Shown here: positions 36,203 to 44,238 of the stretch, piece after piece | How the letters are laid out: each line of letters begins with the position of its first letter | How positions within the stretch are numbered: the first letter of the stretch is position 1 | DNA from: an uncultured Gammaproteobacteria bacterium | GTDB lineage: Bacteria > Patescibacteriota > Microgenomatia > UBA8517 | NCBI GenBank assembly: GCA_964583105.1 | Contig: CAZOUV010000003.1 | Location: 14,946-78,945, forward strand | Reading direction: 5' to 3' | Length of the DNA: 64,000 bases | The notes under the pieces: model-generated | The model's database searches: none | Told to the model about the DNA's origin: nothing | Seen by the model: the letters and a program-made list of their open reading frames with translations, nothing else | Translations under genes and position numbers: made by a program

Positions 36203-38539
36203 ATGGTTACAGAAACGTTATTTGATTACAATTTAATTATTAATATTCTCCTTTTTTCGGGAGTAGCAGCTACTTTATTTGTCGCATTGTGGCAAATTGC
36301 TTTAACCTTTTTTAAACACAGGGGTAGAGAAGAAAGAAGTGTTGACTCGGTTCTTCTTCAGATTGCACTGCCAAGAAATAACGAAACCAAGATTGATGCC
36401 ATGGAACAAGTATTTTCTTCTCTATATTCGATTAAAAAAGGTGGATGGAAACAAAGATTTTCGGTTCAACCTACCGTCTCTTTTGAAATTGTGGCCATGC
36501 AGGAAGACATAAGATTCTTTGTCTGGTGCCCCAAAAAACTTCAAGATCTTTTGGAAAAGCAGATTAACGGAGGTTTTCCGGAAGCGGAAATTAAGGAAGT
36601 TCCCGAAGTTGATATTTTTAAAGAAAAAGGTAAGGTTGCCTATAAATCCCTTCAGCTTTCCAAGGCAAATTTCTATCCCCTTAAAACCTTTAAAGATTTG
36701 GCAACTGATCCACTAAGTTCGGTTACATCTACCTTGGCTAAAATGGGACCCGATGAAGCCGCATCCGTTCAGATACTTGTATCTCCTGCTGAAAGTGCTT
36801 GGCAAAAATCGGGAAGTAAATTTATTTCTGATACCAAAAAACAGGAATCCGATCCTGAGAAAGCAAAATTTTCAACCTCAGCAAAAACTTTGGAAGCGGT
36901 TGAAAGTAAAATTGCAAAACCCGGATTTGAGACATCAATAAGAATTGTTGTTGTCTCCGAAACATCGGAAATTGCAAAATCACATCTTGATAATATTGCA
37001 TCCTCCTTTAGCCAATTTGCATCAGATACAAATCTTTTAAAGAAGAGAAAAATTGTCAATAAAGGTGCTTTCATGGAAGATTTTCTTTACAGGTATCAGC
37101 CGATGTTTAATATGCCCGGCAATAGAATGTCTGTTTTAAATTCTGAGGAACTTGCAACAATATATCATTTTCCCAATAAACAAGTCACAACCCCGCATAT
37201 TTTTTGGCTTAACGCAAAAACAGCCCCGGCCCCTTCTCAAATACCCATGGAGGGAATGTTTTTAGGCAATAGTATTTATAGGGGAATTAAAAGACCAGTC
37301 TTTATTTCCAACGAGGACAGGATGAGACACGTTTATATTATTGGTAAAACCGGAACCGGAAAATCCGAACTACAAAAAGAAATGATAATTCAGGATATTA
37401 AAGATGGTAACGGCCTTTGTTTTATAGATCCTCACGGAGATGCTCTTCAGGAGATATTAAAACAGGTGCCTCCTGAAAGAGCAGAGGATGTAATTTACTT
37501 TAATCCTGCAGATACCGAGCGTCCCATGGGACTTAACCTTCTAGAGGCAAAAACAGAAGATGAAAAACACTTCGCCGCAACATCAATTATCAATATGATG
37601 TATAAACTTTTCGATCCTTATAAAACAGGTATTGTGGGTCCCCGTTTTGAACACGGAGTCAGAAACGCAATGCTCACGGCAATGAGTGAAGAAGGTAACA
37701 CCTTTGTTGAAGTAATGCGCATAATGACCGACTCGCGCTATGTCCAAGAGCTTCTTCCCAAGGTTCAGGACCCCATTGTTAGAAGATACTGGACCGATCA
37801 GATTGCCCAAACCGCGGACTTTCATAAATCCGAAGTTTTAGATTATACGGTTTCCAAATTCGGAAGGTTTGTTACAAATAGACTCATAAGAAACATTATC
37901 GGTCAATCAAAATCGGCATTTGATTTCAGGCAAATTATGGATCAGGGTAAAATTCTCCTTATCAGTCTTGCCAAGGGAGAGCTGGGAGAGGAAAACTCAA
38001 ACTTTTTGGGACTTATTTTAATTCCCAGGATTTTGATGGCGGCCATGAGTAGGGCCGATATGCCTAAGGAGCAAAGACGAGACTTTTTCCTTTACGTAGA
38101 TGAGTTTCAGAATTTTGCCACCCCCGATTTTGCAACCATTCTTTCTGAGGCAAGAAAATACAGCTTGGGTCTTTGTGTAGCAAATCAGTTTATAGGTCAG
38201 GTGGAAGAGGAAGTTAAAAATGCGGTATTTGGTAATGTCGGAACAATAGTTGCATTCAGAGTGGGAGTGACGGATGCAAACTATTTACAGCATGAATTTA
38301 CTCCGACGTTTGCGGAAGATGATTTATTAAACATTGAAAGATATCATGCTTATATAAAAACCACGGTTCATAATGAACCAGTTCCTCCTTTTTCCATGGA
38401 TTTGACCAAAGACATGGCTCAACAAAAAGCTTCCGAAAATGAAAGAGTTGCAGAAATAATAAAAGAAATGAGTAGGATAAAGTACGGTAGGGATGGGAGA
38501 ATAGTTGAGGCGGAGATTGCAAGACGTTCTAACCTATGA
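36203..38539 (+). CDS. VirD4/TraD/TraG-like (type IV coupling protein-like) membrane ATPase
   Basis: N-terminal TM 'IINILLFSGVAATLFVALWQIALTFF', Walker A 'IGKTGTGKS', Walker B 'FFLYVDEFQNF' and 'CVANQFIGQ'. The first ~330 aa are unassigned. Confidence 0.7.
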   Translation: MVTETLFDYNLIINILLFSGVAATLFVALWQIALTFFKHRGREERSVDSVLLQIALPRNNETKIDAMEQVFSSLYSIKKGGWKQRFSVQPTVSFEIVAMQEDIRFFVWCPKKLQDLLEKQINGGFPEAEIKEVPEVDIFKEKGKVAYKSLQLSKANFYPLKTFKDLATDPLSSVTSTLAKMGPDEAASVQILVSPAESAWQKSGSKFISDTKKQESDPEKAKFSTSAKTLEAVESKIAKPGFETSIRIVVVSETSEIAKSHLDNIASSFSQFASDTNLLKKRKIVNKGAFMEDFLYRYQPMFNMPGNRMSVLNSEELATIYHFPNKQVTTPHIFWLNAKTAPAPSQIPMEGMFLGNSIYRGIKRPVFISNEDRMRHVYIIGKTGTGKSELQKEMIIQDIKDGNGLCFIDPHGDALQEILKQVPPERAEDVIYFNPADTERPMGLNLLEAKTEDEKHFAATSIINMMYKLFDPYKTGIVGPRFEHGVRNAMLTAMSEEGNTFVEVMRIMTDSRYVQELLPKVQDPIVRRYWTDQIAQTADFHKSEVLDYTVSKFGRFVTNRLIRNIIGQSKSAFDFRQIMDQGKILLISLAKGELGEENSNFLGLILIPRILMAAMSRADMPKEQRRDFFLYVDEFQNFATPDFATILSEARKYSLGLCVANQFIGQVEEEVKNAVFGNVGTIVAFRVGVTDANYLQHEFTPTFAEDDLLNIERYHAYIKTTVHNEPVPPFSMDLTKDMAQQKASENERVAEIIKEMSRIKYGRDGRIVEAEIARRSNL

Positions 38540-38552
38540 TAATCTTTCCGTT

Positions 38553-39398
38553 ATGAATATTGGAGTAATTGGCTGGGGTTTTGTGGGTCAGGCAACCGGA
38601 AAAGGACTTGCCACAAACAAAAAAAACAAAATCTTTGTTTATGATAAACAAAGAACAAGCCCATTAACCTTAGAGGAAGTTGTAGAAAAATCGGAATTTA
38701 TCTTTATTTGTGTGCCTACCCCGATGTATTCAGACTACTCCGGAATGAGTATGGCTATTGTAGAAGAAGTTGCGGGACAGATTGCAAAAGTAGCCAAGGG
38801 AACGGATAAAATAGCGATTGTTAAATCTACGGTTCTTCCGGGCCTTACTCAAAGTTTCATTAAAAAATACCCCAAAGTTAATTGGGCAATGAATCCGGAA
38901 TTTCTTACACAGAACAATGCAAACTATGATTTTATGCACCCCGCAAGAACGGTTATTGGAGCCTCATCCAAGAAAGTGGGGGAAAGGATAAAAGCTCTTT
39001 ATCAAACAATTTACCCCAATGATCAAACATATTTCATAATGGACGTAACCAGCGCAGAACTTACAAAGTATATGAGCAATAACATGCTTGCCTCACAGAT
39101 AATTGTTGCAAACGAGTTTTACTTCTTAGCTAAAAAAGTAGGAGCTGATTATGAAAAAGTAAAGGAAGCCGTTGGGGCTGATAAAAGAATAGGGAGATTT
39201 TTACAAGTGCCAGGTTGGGATGGAGATTTTGGTTTTGGACAAGCTTGTTTCCCAAAGGACATGATTGGTATTTTGGGTCACGCCAAAAAATTAAAAGTAG
39301 ATATGTCAGCCTTATCTGCAATATGGCAAAAGAATTTAAAAATAAGAAAAAACAGAGACTGGGAACACATGACTTCTGCCTTCAGAAAGAAAAATTAA
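38553..39398 (+). CDS. UDP-glucose/GDP-mannose dehydrogenase family protein lacking the C-terminal domain
   Basis: 'IGVIGWGFVGQATG' and catalytic-Cys block 'GFGQACFPKD'. It is only ~281 aa. Confidence 0.7.
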   Translation: MNIGVIGWGFVGQATGKGLATNKKNKIFVYDKQRTSPLTLEEVVEKSEFIFICVPTPMYSDYSGMSMAIVEEVAGQIAKVAKGTDKIAIVKSTVLPGLTQSFIKKYPKVNWAMNPEFLTQNNANYDFMHPARTVIGASSKKVGERIKALYQTIYPNDQTYFIMDVTSAELTKYMSNNMLASQIIVANEFYFLAKKVGADYEKVKEAVGADKRIGRFLQVPGWDGDFGFGQACFPKDMIGILGHAKKLKVDMSALSAIWQKNLKIRKNRDWEHMTSAFRKKN

Positions 39399-39678
39399 TT
39401 TTTTGTTAAGGGGATGGAAAGAAGGTCATCAAATCTTATTAAACCCAACATCGTACCTCGTTCTGTGACTGAGTTACAATGGAGGGAATCCATGCTTTCT
39501 CCAGTTGTTGGGGACATCAGGTCTGGGGGAAAAATTCTTTCAGTTTGCATAAACAATGGCATGGTTTATTATAATGTTTGTATGAGTTATCGTTATTGTC
39601 GCCAATGTAGCGATCAGGATTATTGTTCGGAAAGATCAATTGGAACTTCAAATCTGCTATAATTTCATCGTAGTTTTC

Positions 39679-39749
39679 GGATCCGTCGTTTAACGGCAAG
39701 ACGGGTCTCTTATAAAGACCAAACGATAGTTCGACTCTATCCGGATCCA
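39679..39749 (+). tRNA. tRNA-Ile (anticodon UAU)
   Basis: Acceptor GGATCCG/CGGATCC, U8, D stem GTTT/AGAC, anticodon stem GGTCT/AGACC with loop CTTATAA, T arm GATAG-TTCGACT-CTATC, discriminator A, no encoded CCA. TGcTATAAT lies at 39655-63 upstream. Confidence 0.85.
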
Positions 39750-39770
39750 CTCAAAAAAGTTTTATTTTGA

Positions 39771-40013
39771 TTACTTTTTAGTATTTAATTTTGATCCAGG
39801 AAGGTGTAGTTCCAATAAACCAAATACACCTCGAAAGGTCATCTCACCCTCAACCACTGGATTAATTGCTCGACCCGGAATTGGGAGAGTTACTACTCCA
39901 GCCACAAAACCCGCTATACCTATCGCAAGATTATCTCTTGTAAAGCCTAAAAAGTTCCGTGGTTTATTTTCAAGTAATTTTTCTCTTTCAGACACTTTAT
40001 ATTTATAATTCAA
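39771..40013 (-). CDS. hypothetical small protein (uncertain)
   Basis: 80-aa ORF with a hydrophobic 'LAIGIAGFVAGVVTLPIPG' segment. It overlaps the Xer stop by 11 nt. No homology recognised. Confidence 0.3.
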   Translation of the reverse strand: MNYKYKVSEREKLLENKPRNFLGFTRDNLAIGIAGFVAGVVTLPIPGRAINPVVEGEMTFRGVFGLLELHLPGSKLNTKK

Positions 40014-40866
40014 TTAGGACCTGCCTCTTTCCTGATTCAGTTACTCCTGCAAGTTCAAGGTAACGTTCTGTTGTTGAAAGCCTTCTGTGTCCCGAAACTT
40101 GTGAAAGAAGAACAAGATCAACACCTCCTTTGATGTTTTCAATCATGAATGTTGTTCTTAAATCATTTACTGAATAATTTGGGATTTCCGCTCTTTGCAT
40201 GTACCTGTCAATTGCTGCCCTTATGTTTCTTACGGCAATGGGTTTTCCGGACTTACTTATAAATACATATTCAGATTGAACTTTTGGTCTATTTGTAAGA
40301 TATAAATCAAGCGCGTCTTTGGCGGGTTTGTTTAAAGGAATTGTCCTTTCTGCTTGTGTTGCATATGCTTCTATTTTTACGGTTCCGTCCTTGACGTCTT
40401 CGGTTTTAAGATTGGCTACTTCCGAAATTCTTATTCCGGTTTGCAATATGAGTTCAACCATGGCTGCAATTCTGGTATCGCCCCTTACAACATCTCTCAA
40501 GGCTCTGTATTCCAGTTGTGACAGAAATTTGGGAAGAGAGCTTTCAACTTTTGGGTGAGAAACCGTATTTGAGGTATCACTTGTAAGGAGTCCCTCAGAA
40601 ACAAGCCATCTGAAAAATGTTTTAACGGCATTTAGTTTTCTTGAAACCGACTTAGGAGTATATTTTTGGGTCAAAAGGGTATCTCTAAAACTTTCCAAAT
40701 CAGATGAAACAACCTGGTCTATTAAAGGTTTGTTTTTGTTTAGAAGAAATGCAACTAATTGATCAAGATCTGCTCTATAGGCAATAACCGTTGAGGGAGA
40801 TCTTCCTTTTACCTTTAAACTCTCGATAAATTTCGGAACAAGGTTTTTAACCGTTTCTTGTGTCAT
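40003..40866 (-). CDS. tyrosine recombinase XerC/XerD-like
   Basis: 287 aa with an N-terminal SAM-like 'PSTVIAYRADLDQLVAFL', 'TGIRISE' and 'GHRRLSTTERY' (catalytic Tyr). Confidence 0.85.
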   Translation of the reverse strand: MTQETVKNLVPKFIESLKVKGRSPSTVIAYRADLDQLVAFLLNKNKPLIDQVVSSDLESFRDTLLTQKYTPKSVSRKLNAVKTFFRWLVSEGLLTSDTSNTVSHPKVESSLPKFLSQLEYRALRDVVRGDTRIAAMVELILQTGIRISEVANLKTEDVKDGTVKIEAYATQAERTIPLNKPAKDALDLYLTNRPKVQSEYVFISKSGKPIAVRNIRAAIDRYMQRAEIPNYSVNDLRTTFMIENIKGGVDLVLLSQVSGHRRLSTTERYLELAGVTESGKRQVLIEL

Positions 40867-40929
40867 AATACTATTTAAACGTGGGTAGTGATCCTATATT
40901 ATAGTTACAATTTTCTTTAAGTCAACACT

Positions 40930-41316
40930 ATGGGAGAAAAACTAAAACAAAAATTTGTAAAAGCAAGAATTTACTTACTCATTCTTTTTATCATTCTTTT
41001 TACCCTTTCCCTTTTTAGAAATATTTTGAAAATCAATCGTGCTAAAGAAAGAATTGAAAACGAAAAAGAAAAAGTTGTTGAGTTGGAGAGTCAGGGCAGA
41101 ATTCTGGAAGAGGAATTAAGAAAAATGCAAGGAAACAAATATTTAGAGGATCAATTAAGGGATAAACTGGGACTTGCCAAAGAAGGAGAAAGCATAGTTA
41201 TTTTGCCGGATCCGGAAATTCTTAAAAGTCTGGTTCCTAATATCCCCGATGAAAAAGATTACTTGCCCGATCCGACTTATGTAAAATGGCTAAAGTTGTT
41301 TGATATGAAAATATGA
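40930..41316 (+). CDS. septum formation initiator (FtsB/DivIC-like)
   Basis: TM followed by a coiled coil, with 'LEDQLRDKLGLAKEGESIVILP'. Confidence 0.65.
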   Translation: MGEKLKQKFVKARIYLLILFIILFTLSLFRNILKINRAKERIENEKEKVVELESQGRILEEELRKMQGNKYLEDQLRDKLGLAKEGESIVILPDPEILKSLVPNIPDEKDYLPDPTYVKWLKLFDMKI

Positions 41317-41600
41317 CATTTATTAAAAAGGAAGAAGATTTTGTCTGCAAAGTTTGCGGAACAAAAGTAAAAGGAACGGGATATACCAACCATTGTCCGA
41401 ATTGTCTTTGGAGTTTACATGTAGATGAAGTTATCCCGGGGGATAGACTATCTGAGTGTAAAGGACTTATGGAACCAATTAATGCGGAAATGAAAAACGG
41501 AGAATACATAATTATCCACAGATGCCAGAAATGTAAAAAAACAATTAAAAACAAGGCTTCGGAAAACGACAATATTGAAGAGATAATTAAACTTCTATAA
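41313..41600 (+). CDS. RNHCP domain zinc-ribbon protein
   Basis: 'CKVCGTKV..YTNHCPNCLWSLHVD' and 'CQKCKK'. Confidence 0.7.
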   Translation: MTFIKKEEDFVCKVCGTKVKGTGYTNHCPNCLWSLHVDEVIPGDRLSECKGLMEPINAEMKNGEYIIIHRCQKCKKTIKNKASENDNIEEIIKLL

Positions 41601-41608
41601 AACTTCTG

Positions 41609-41678
41609 TTGCGGAGCCAGGAGTTGAACCTGGCCTGCGAGATTATGAGCCTCGCGTGCAGCCGTACACTACCCCGCA
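41609..41678 (-). tRNA. tRNA with CAU anticodon (Met; initiator-like weak U1:A72 pair)
   Basis: Minus strand: UGCGGGG-UA-GUGU-ACGGCU-GCAC-G-CGAGG-CUCAUAA-UCUCG-CAGG-CCAGG-UUCAACU-CCUGG-CUCCGCA-A. No encoded CCA. Confidence 0.8.
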
Positions 41679-41749
41679 TATAACTAACATGGCTATTATA
41701 ACATACGGGTTTGTGAGTAGCTTTCCTTTAAGGTAAAATACTTAATTAA

Positions 41750-41821
41750 GCCAACGTAGCTCAGTGGTAGAGCGGAGCCCTCATAAAGCTTAGGCCGAAG
41801 GTTCAATCCCTTCCGTTGGCA
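41750..41821 (+). tRNA. tRNA with CAU anticodon (elongator Met or Ile2)
   Basis: GCCAACG-TA-GCTC-AGTGGTA-GAGC-G-GAGCC-CTCATAA-AGCTT-AGGCC-GAAGG-TTCAATC-CCTTC-CGTTGGC-A. There is a C31:A39 mismatch. Confidence 0.8.
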
Positions 41822-41868
41822 CTCTTCTAGTTTTTAGTTATTGACTTATTGGCATACATTGTATTACA

Positions 41869-42153
41869 ATGAAATCTGGTAAGAGTATGAAACTGGTTTG
41901 GGACGAGTGGAACAAGGAACATATTAAAAAACATAAAGTTTCCGTTTCTGAAGTCAAACAGGCCTGTAAGAACGAGATTGTTACTAAACAATCATATCTA
42001 AACAGGCAAATGATTTTAGGAGTAACGAAAAACAAGAGACTTTTGACAGTATTTCTCTCTTTTGAGAAACAGAAAGAAGGATATGTTGTGTCAGCAAGAG
42101 ATATGAGTTTAAAAGAAAGGAAAGTTTATTATGAAAAGACCAAAACCAATTAA
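41869..42153 (+). CDS. brnT: BrnT-like (DUF497) toxin, second copy
   Basis: 'LVWDEWNKEHIKKHKVS' and 'VVSARDMSLKERKVY'. Confidence 0.7.
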   Translation: MKSGKSMKLVWDEWNKEHIKKHKVSVSEVKQACKNEIVTKQSYLNRQMILGVTKNKRLLTVFLSFEKQKEGYVVSARDMSLKERKVYYEKTKTN

Positions 42154-42412
42154 ACCATTTAAATCTTTGAAAGAAGAAGCCAATTTTTGGGATACTCACG
42201 ATGTAAGTAAAGTATTTAAAAATCCAAAAATTTCTCTTTCCGAATTATTATCCCTTGAACCTAAAAAGGAAGTAATAATGACCTTAAGGGTTCAGAAAGT
42301 GGTTAAAGAAAAAATAGACAAAGTAGCAAAAATAAAAGGGATTAACCCCGCAACTCTTTCCAGAATGTGGCTTGTGGAAAGATTGACAAGGGAAGAAGGT
42401 TTGGTATACTAA
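42131..42412 (+). CDS. brnA: BrnA-like antitoxin, second copy
   Basis: 'KPFKSLKEEANFWDTHD' with a C-terminal RHH-like 'MTLRVQKVVKEKIDKVA'. It overlaps brnT. Confidence 0.7.
   Translation: MKRPKPIKPFKSLKEEANFWDTHDVSKVFKNPKISLSELLSLEPKKEVIMTLRVQKVVKEKIDKVAKIKGINPATLSRMWLVERLTREEGLVY
42383..42410 (+). promoter_or_regulatory. sigma70-like promoter for the T-box leader
   Basis: TTGACA(42383-88)-16 nt-TATACT(42405-10), embedded in the 3' end of brnA. Confidence 0.55.
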
Positions 42413-42417
42413 CGCTA

Positions 42418-42683
42418 GTTTTATAAATGCTTTGAGAAGATCGGTTGGGATCTTTGAATAGCTGGCAAAGCTACTCGAAAGAGATGTCGAGCCCAGAGGC
42501 GAAACTGTAAAAGTCAGCAACGAGTGTCGGAAACGGAGCTCGTCAAGAATAAGGTTTTCTTATCTTAACGATCTCGCTTTGGCGAGATTTTTGATTTAAG
42601 ACAACAAAAATAGGGTGGTACCCCCGAGAGGGCCCTTGTAAATTAACGATTTGTTTCGTTGGTTTGCAAGGGCTTTTTTGTTT
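42418..42683 (+). promoter_or_regulatory. T-box riboswitch leader (predicted Trp-specific, transcription-termination type)
   Basis: K-turn-like 'UUUGAGAAGAUC'; hairpin 42437-54 with loop GGUUGG; Stem III 42571-88; T-box 'AAAUAGGGUGGUACCCCCGAGAGGGCCCU' folding as AGGG[UGGUACC]CCC-GAGA-GGG-CCCU; and a competing terminator. Confidence 0.85.
42632..42683 (+). terminator. intrinsic terminator of the T-box leader
   Basis: An 18-bp stem (42632-49 pairs with 42656-73, including 4 G:U) with a 6-nt loop, followed by TTTTTTGTTT. Confidence 0.85.
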
Positions 42684-42755
42684 GGGAATGTAGCTCAAGG
42701 GCAGAGTATCCGTCTCCAAAACGGAAGATTGAGGGTTCAAGTCCCTCCATTCCCA
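42684..42755 (+). tRNA. tRNA-Trp (anticodon CCA)
   Basis: GGGAATG-TA-GCTC-AAGGGCA-GAGT-A-TCCGT-CTCCAAA-ACGGA-AGATT-GAGGG-TTCAAGT-CCCTC-CATTCCC-A. No encoded CCA. Confidence 0.95.
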
Positions 42756-42831
42756 CATATGGAAAGAATTAAATTTATAACACCGGCTATGTTAATTAGA
42801 AAGGAAACCTCGCAAGAGGGGTATCTCTGGC

Positions 42832-44238
42832 ATGACTATGTTTGGAATAAATATATTACTTAAACATATAAATAATAACTCTTTTATTGATAGGGAAGTT
42901 TCAGGTGCCCTAAAAAGAAGAGGGGAGAAAGAAATCTTTAATAGATTTTTGGTATCAGAACTTTCTTCGGGAGATAAAGTCATCGATTTTATGCTCAAAG
43001 AAGTTAAACAAAATACTAAAAACCTTTTAAAAGAAGGAATAATTATACCTGATCAGGTTTTACTTGATTTTACTATCTCAATTTTGAAGGCGGGTGGGAG
43101 TGAGAAACTGAATACCTACGACACAATTGTCAGGAAAATTATTGAACAAGAAAGCCCAAGATTTAAAAAACTTCACAACGATATAGATAAAGGCAGGTTT
43201 GACGGCAGATTACCCTTTGGGTATCCGGATGCAAGCAAAAGGGCGGCAGGGATGTTAACTGCCAAGATAAAAGATACTGCTCAAGATGTTAGAGAAGATT
43301 ATTTGGAGCAAAAATTTGTTGGAGATAAGATTAGAGAATTTTCCAAAGAAATGTTTTACGGAATTAATAAATTGGACCTATCGGGTAATGAACTGGTTAG
43401 ATATTTGAACATTCTCTATGGACTATCTCTTGTGCAAGTTGCACCTACGGAAAACCCCATACTTTTAAAAAGTAGAATATGTGAGGCCATAAGACAAAAA
43501 GAGCCAATTGATCTTGTGTATATAAAAAGCTTACGTTATTCCTATCCAGGGGGAAAAGGCATGAAATTAGTTAACCACCTTAATGAAGAAGAGACATTAA
43601 ATTTAGACGGGACAAAAAGGAAGTATTTCAGCGAGCATTTAATATTAGAAAGATTAGGTAAATTTGTTCAAATTTTTAATAATGCAGATGTAAAAGTTCA
43701 CTTAAATATAATAATTGCAGATAATGATCTTGATATTCTTTTCCCTATCGGTAGCGGTTTTGTGCCCGACAGCGATATTTATACAGCAAAAGAAGATATT
43801 AATTATTATCTGGAAAATTTTTGTCGTACCTGTGAGAATATGCACGCTGATGTTTATCTTTTAACAGATTTTATTAAACAAAAACATCTTGAGGGTAGTT
43901 ATACAAAGATGGTTAAATTTATTTATTCGGATGTTAAAAATCAAAGAAACATCATATCTGAAAGAGAAATCGAAGAAAGAGTAAATTTCAGATATGAATT
44001 TTTTGGACAGATCTATGGAAAAAAGTATTCAAGGGAATGTGCAAGAGAGGCAATGTATAACCAAATTGCAAATGTTATGGCCCTGTCAGAAGTTTTTAAT
44101 TCTTTTAAAAAACCTCCGGTTGTGGTGATTGATTACAGGGGACTGGAGAATAAAATGATTGGTGGACTAGAACCAAATTCCAGAAGCGTGTTCTTGACCA
44201 AACTTAAAGAGCCAACGATAATAGAGAAAGTGAAATGA
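42832..44238 (+). CDS. hypothetical cytoplasmic protein, function unknown
   Basis: 468-aa ORF with no TM segments and no motif I recognise. Its stop overlaps the trpS ATG (ATGA). Confidence 0.7.
   Translation: MTMFGINILLKHINNNSFIDREVSGALKRRGEKEIFNRFLVSELSSGDKVIDFMLKEVKQNTKNLLKEGIIIPDQVLLDFTISILKAGGSEKLNTYDTIVRKIIEQESPRFKKLHNDIDKGRFDGRLPFGYPDASKRAAGMLTAKIKDTAQDVREDYLEQKFVGDKIREFSKEMFYGINKLDLSGNELVRYLNILYGLSLVQVAPTENPILLKSRICEAIRQKEPIDLVYIKSLRYSYPGGKGMKLVNHLNEEETLNLDGTKRKYFSEHLILERLGKFVQIFNNADVKVHLNIIIADNDLDILFPIGSGFVPDSDIYTAKEDINYYLENFCRTCENMHADVYLLTDFIKQKHLEGSYTKMVKFIYSDVKNQRNIISEREIEERVNFRYEFFGQIYGKKYSRECAREAMYNQIANVMALSEVFNSFKKPPVVVIDYRGLENKMIGGLEPNSRSVFLTKLKEPTIIEKVK

Noticed and set aside
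39414-39750. Track ORFs 39414..39662 (+) and 39517..39750 (-) in the gap after the Ugd-like gene.
   Set aside because: They overlap each other, have no recognisable motifs, and the minus ORF runs straight through a perfect tRNA-Ile cloverleaf (39679-39749). I treat them as spurious.
40003-40866. Tyrosine recombinase next to a tRNA, as a possible marker of an integrated mobile element or prophage.
   Set aside because: The size, the N-terminal SAM-like domain and the housekeeping neighbours (ftsB-like gene, tRNAs) fit chromosomal XerC/D. I saw no att-like duplication of the tRNA 3' end and no phage or plasmid genes.
42571-42595. Hairpin ATCTCGC/GCGAGAT followed by TTTTT, which looks like an intrinsic terminator for brnA.
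   Set aside because: Its position, about 20 nt upstream of the T-box sequence, fits Stem III of the T-box leader better. The true terminator is the 18-bp stem at 42632-42673.
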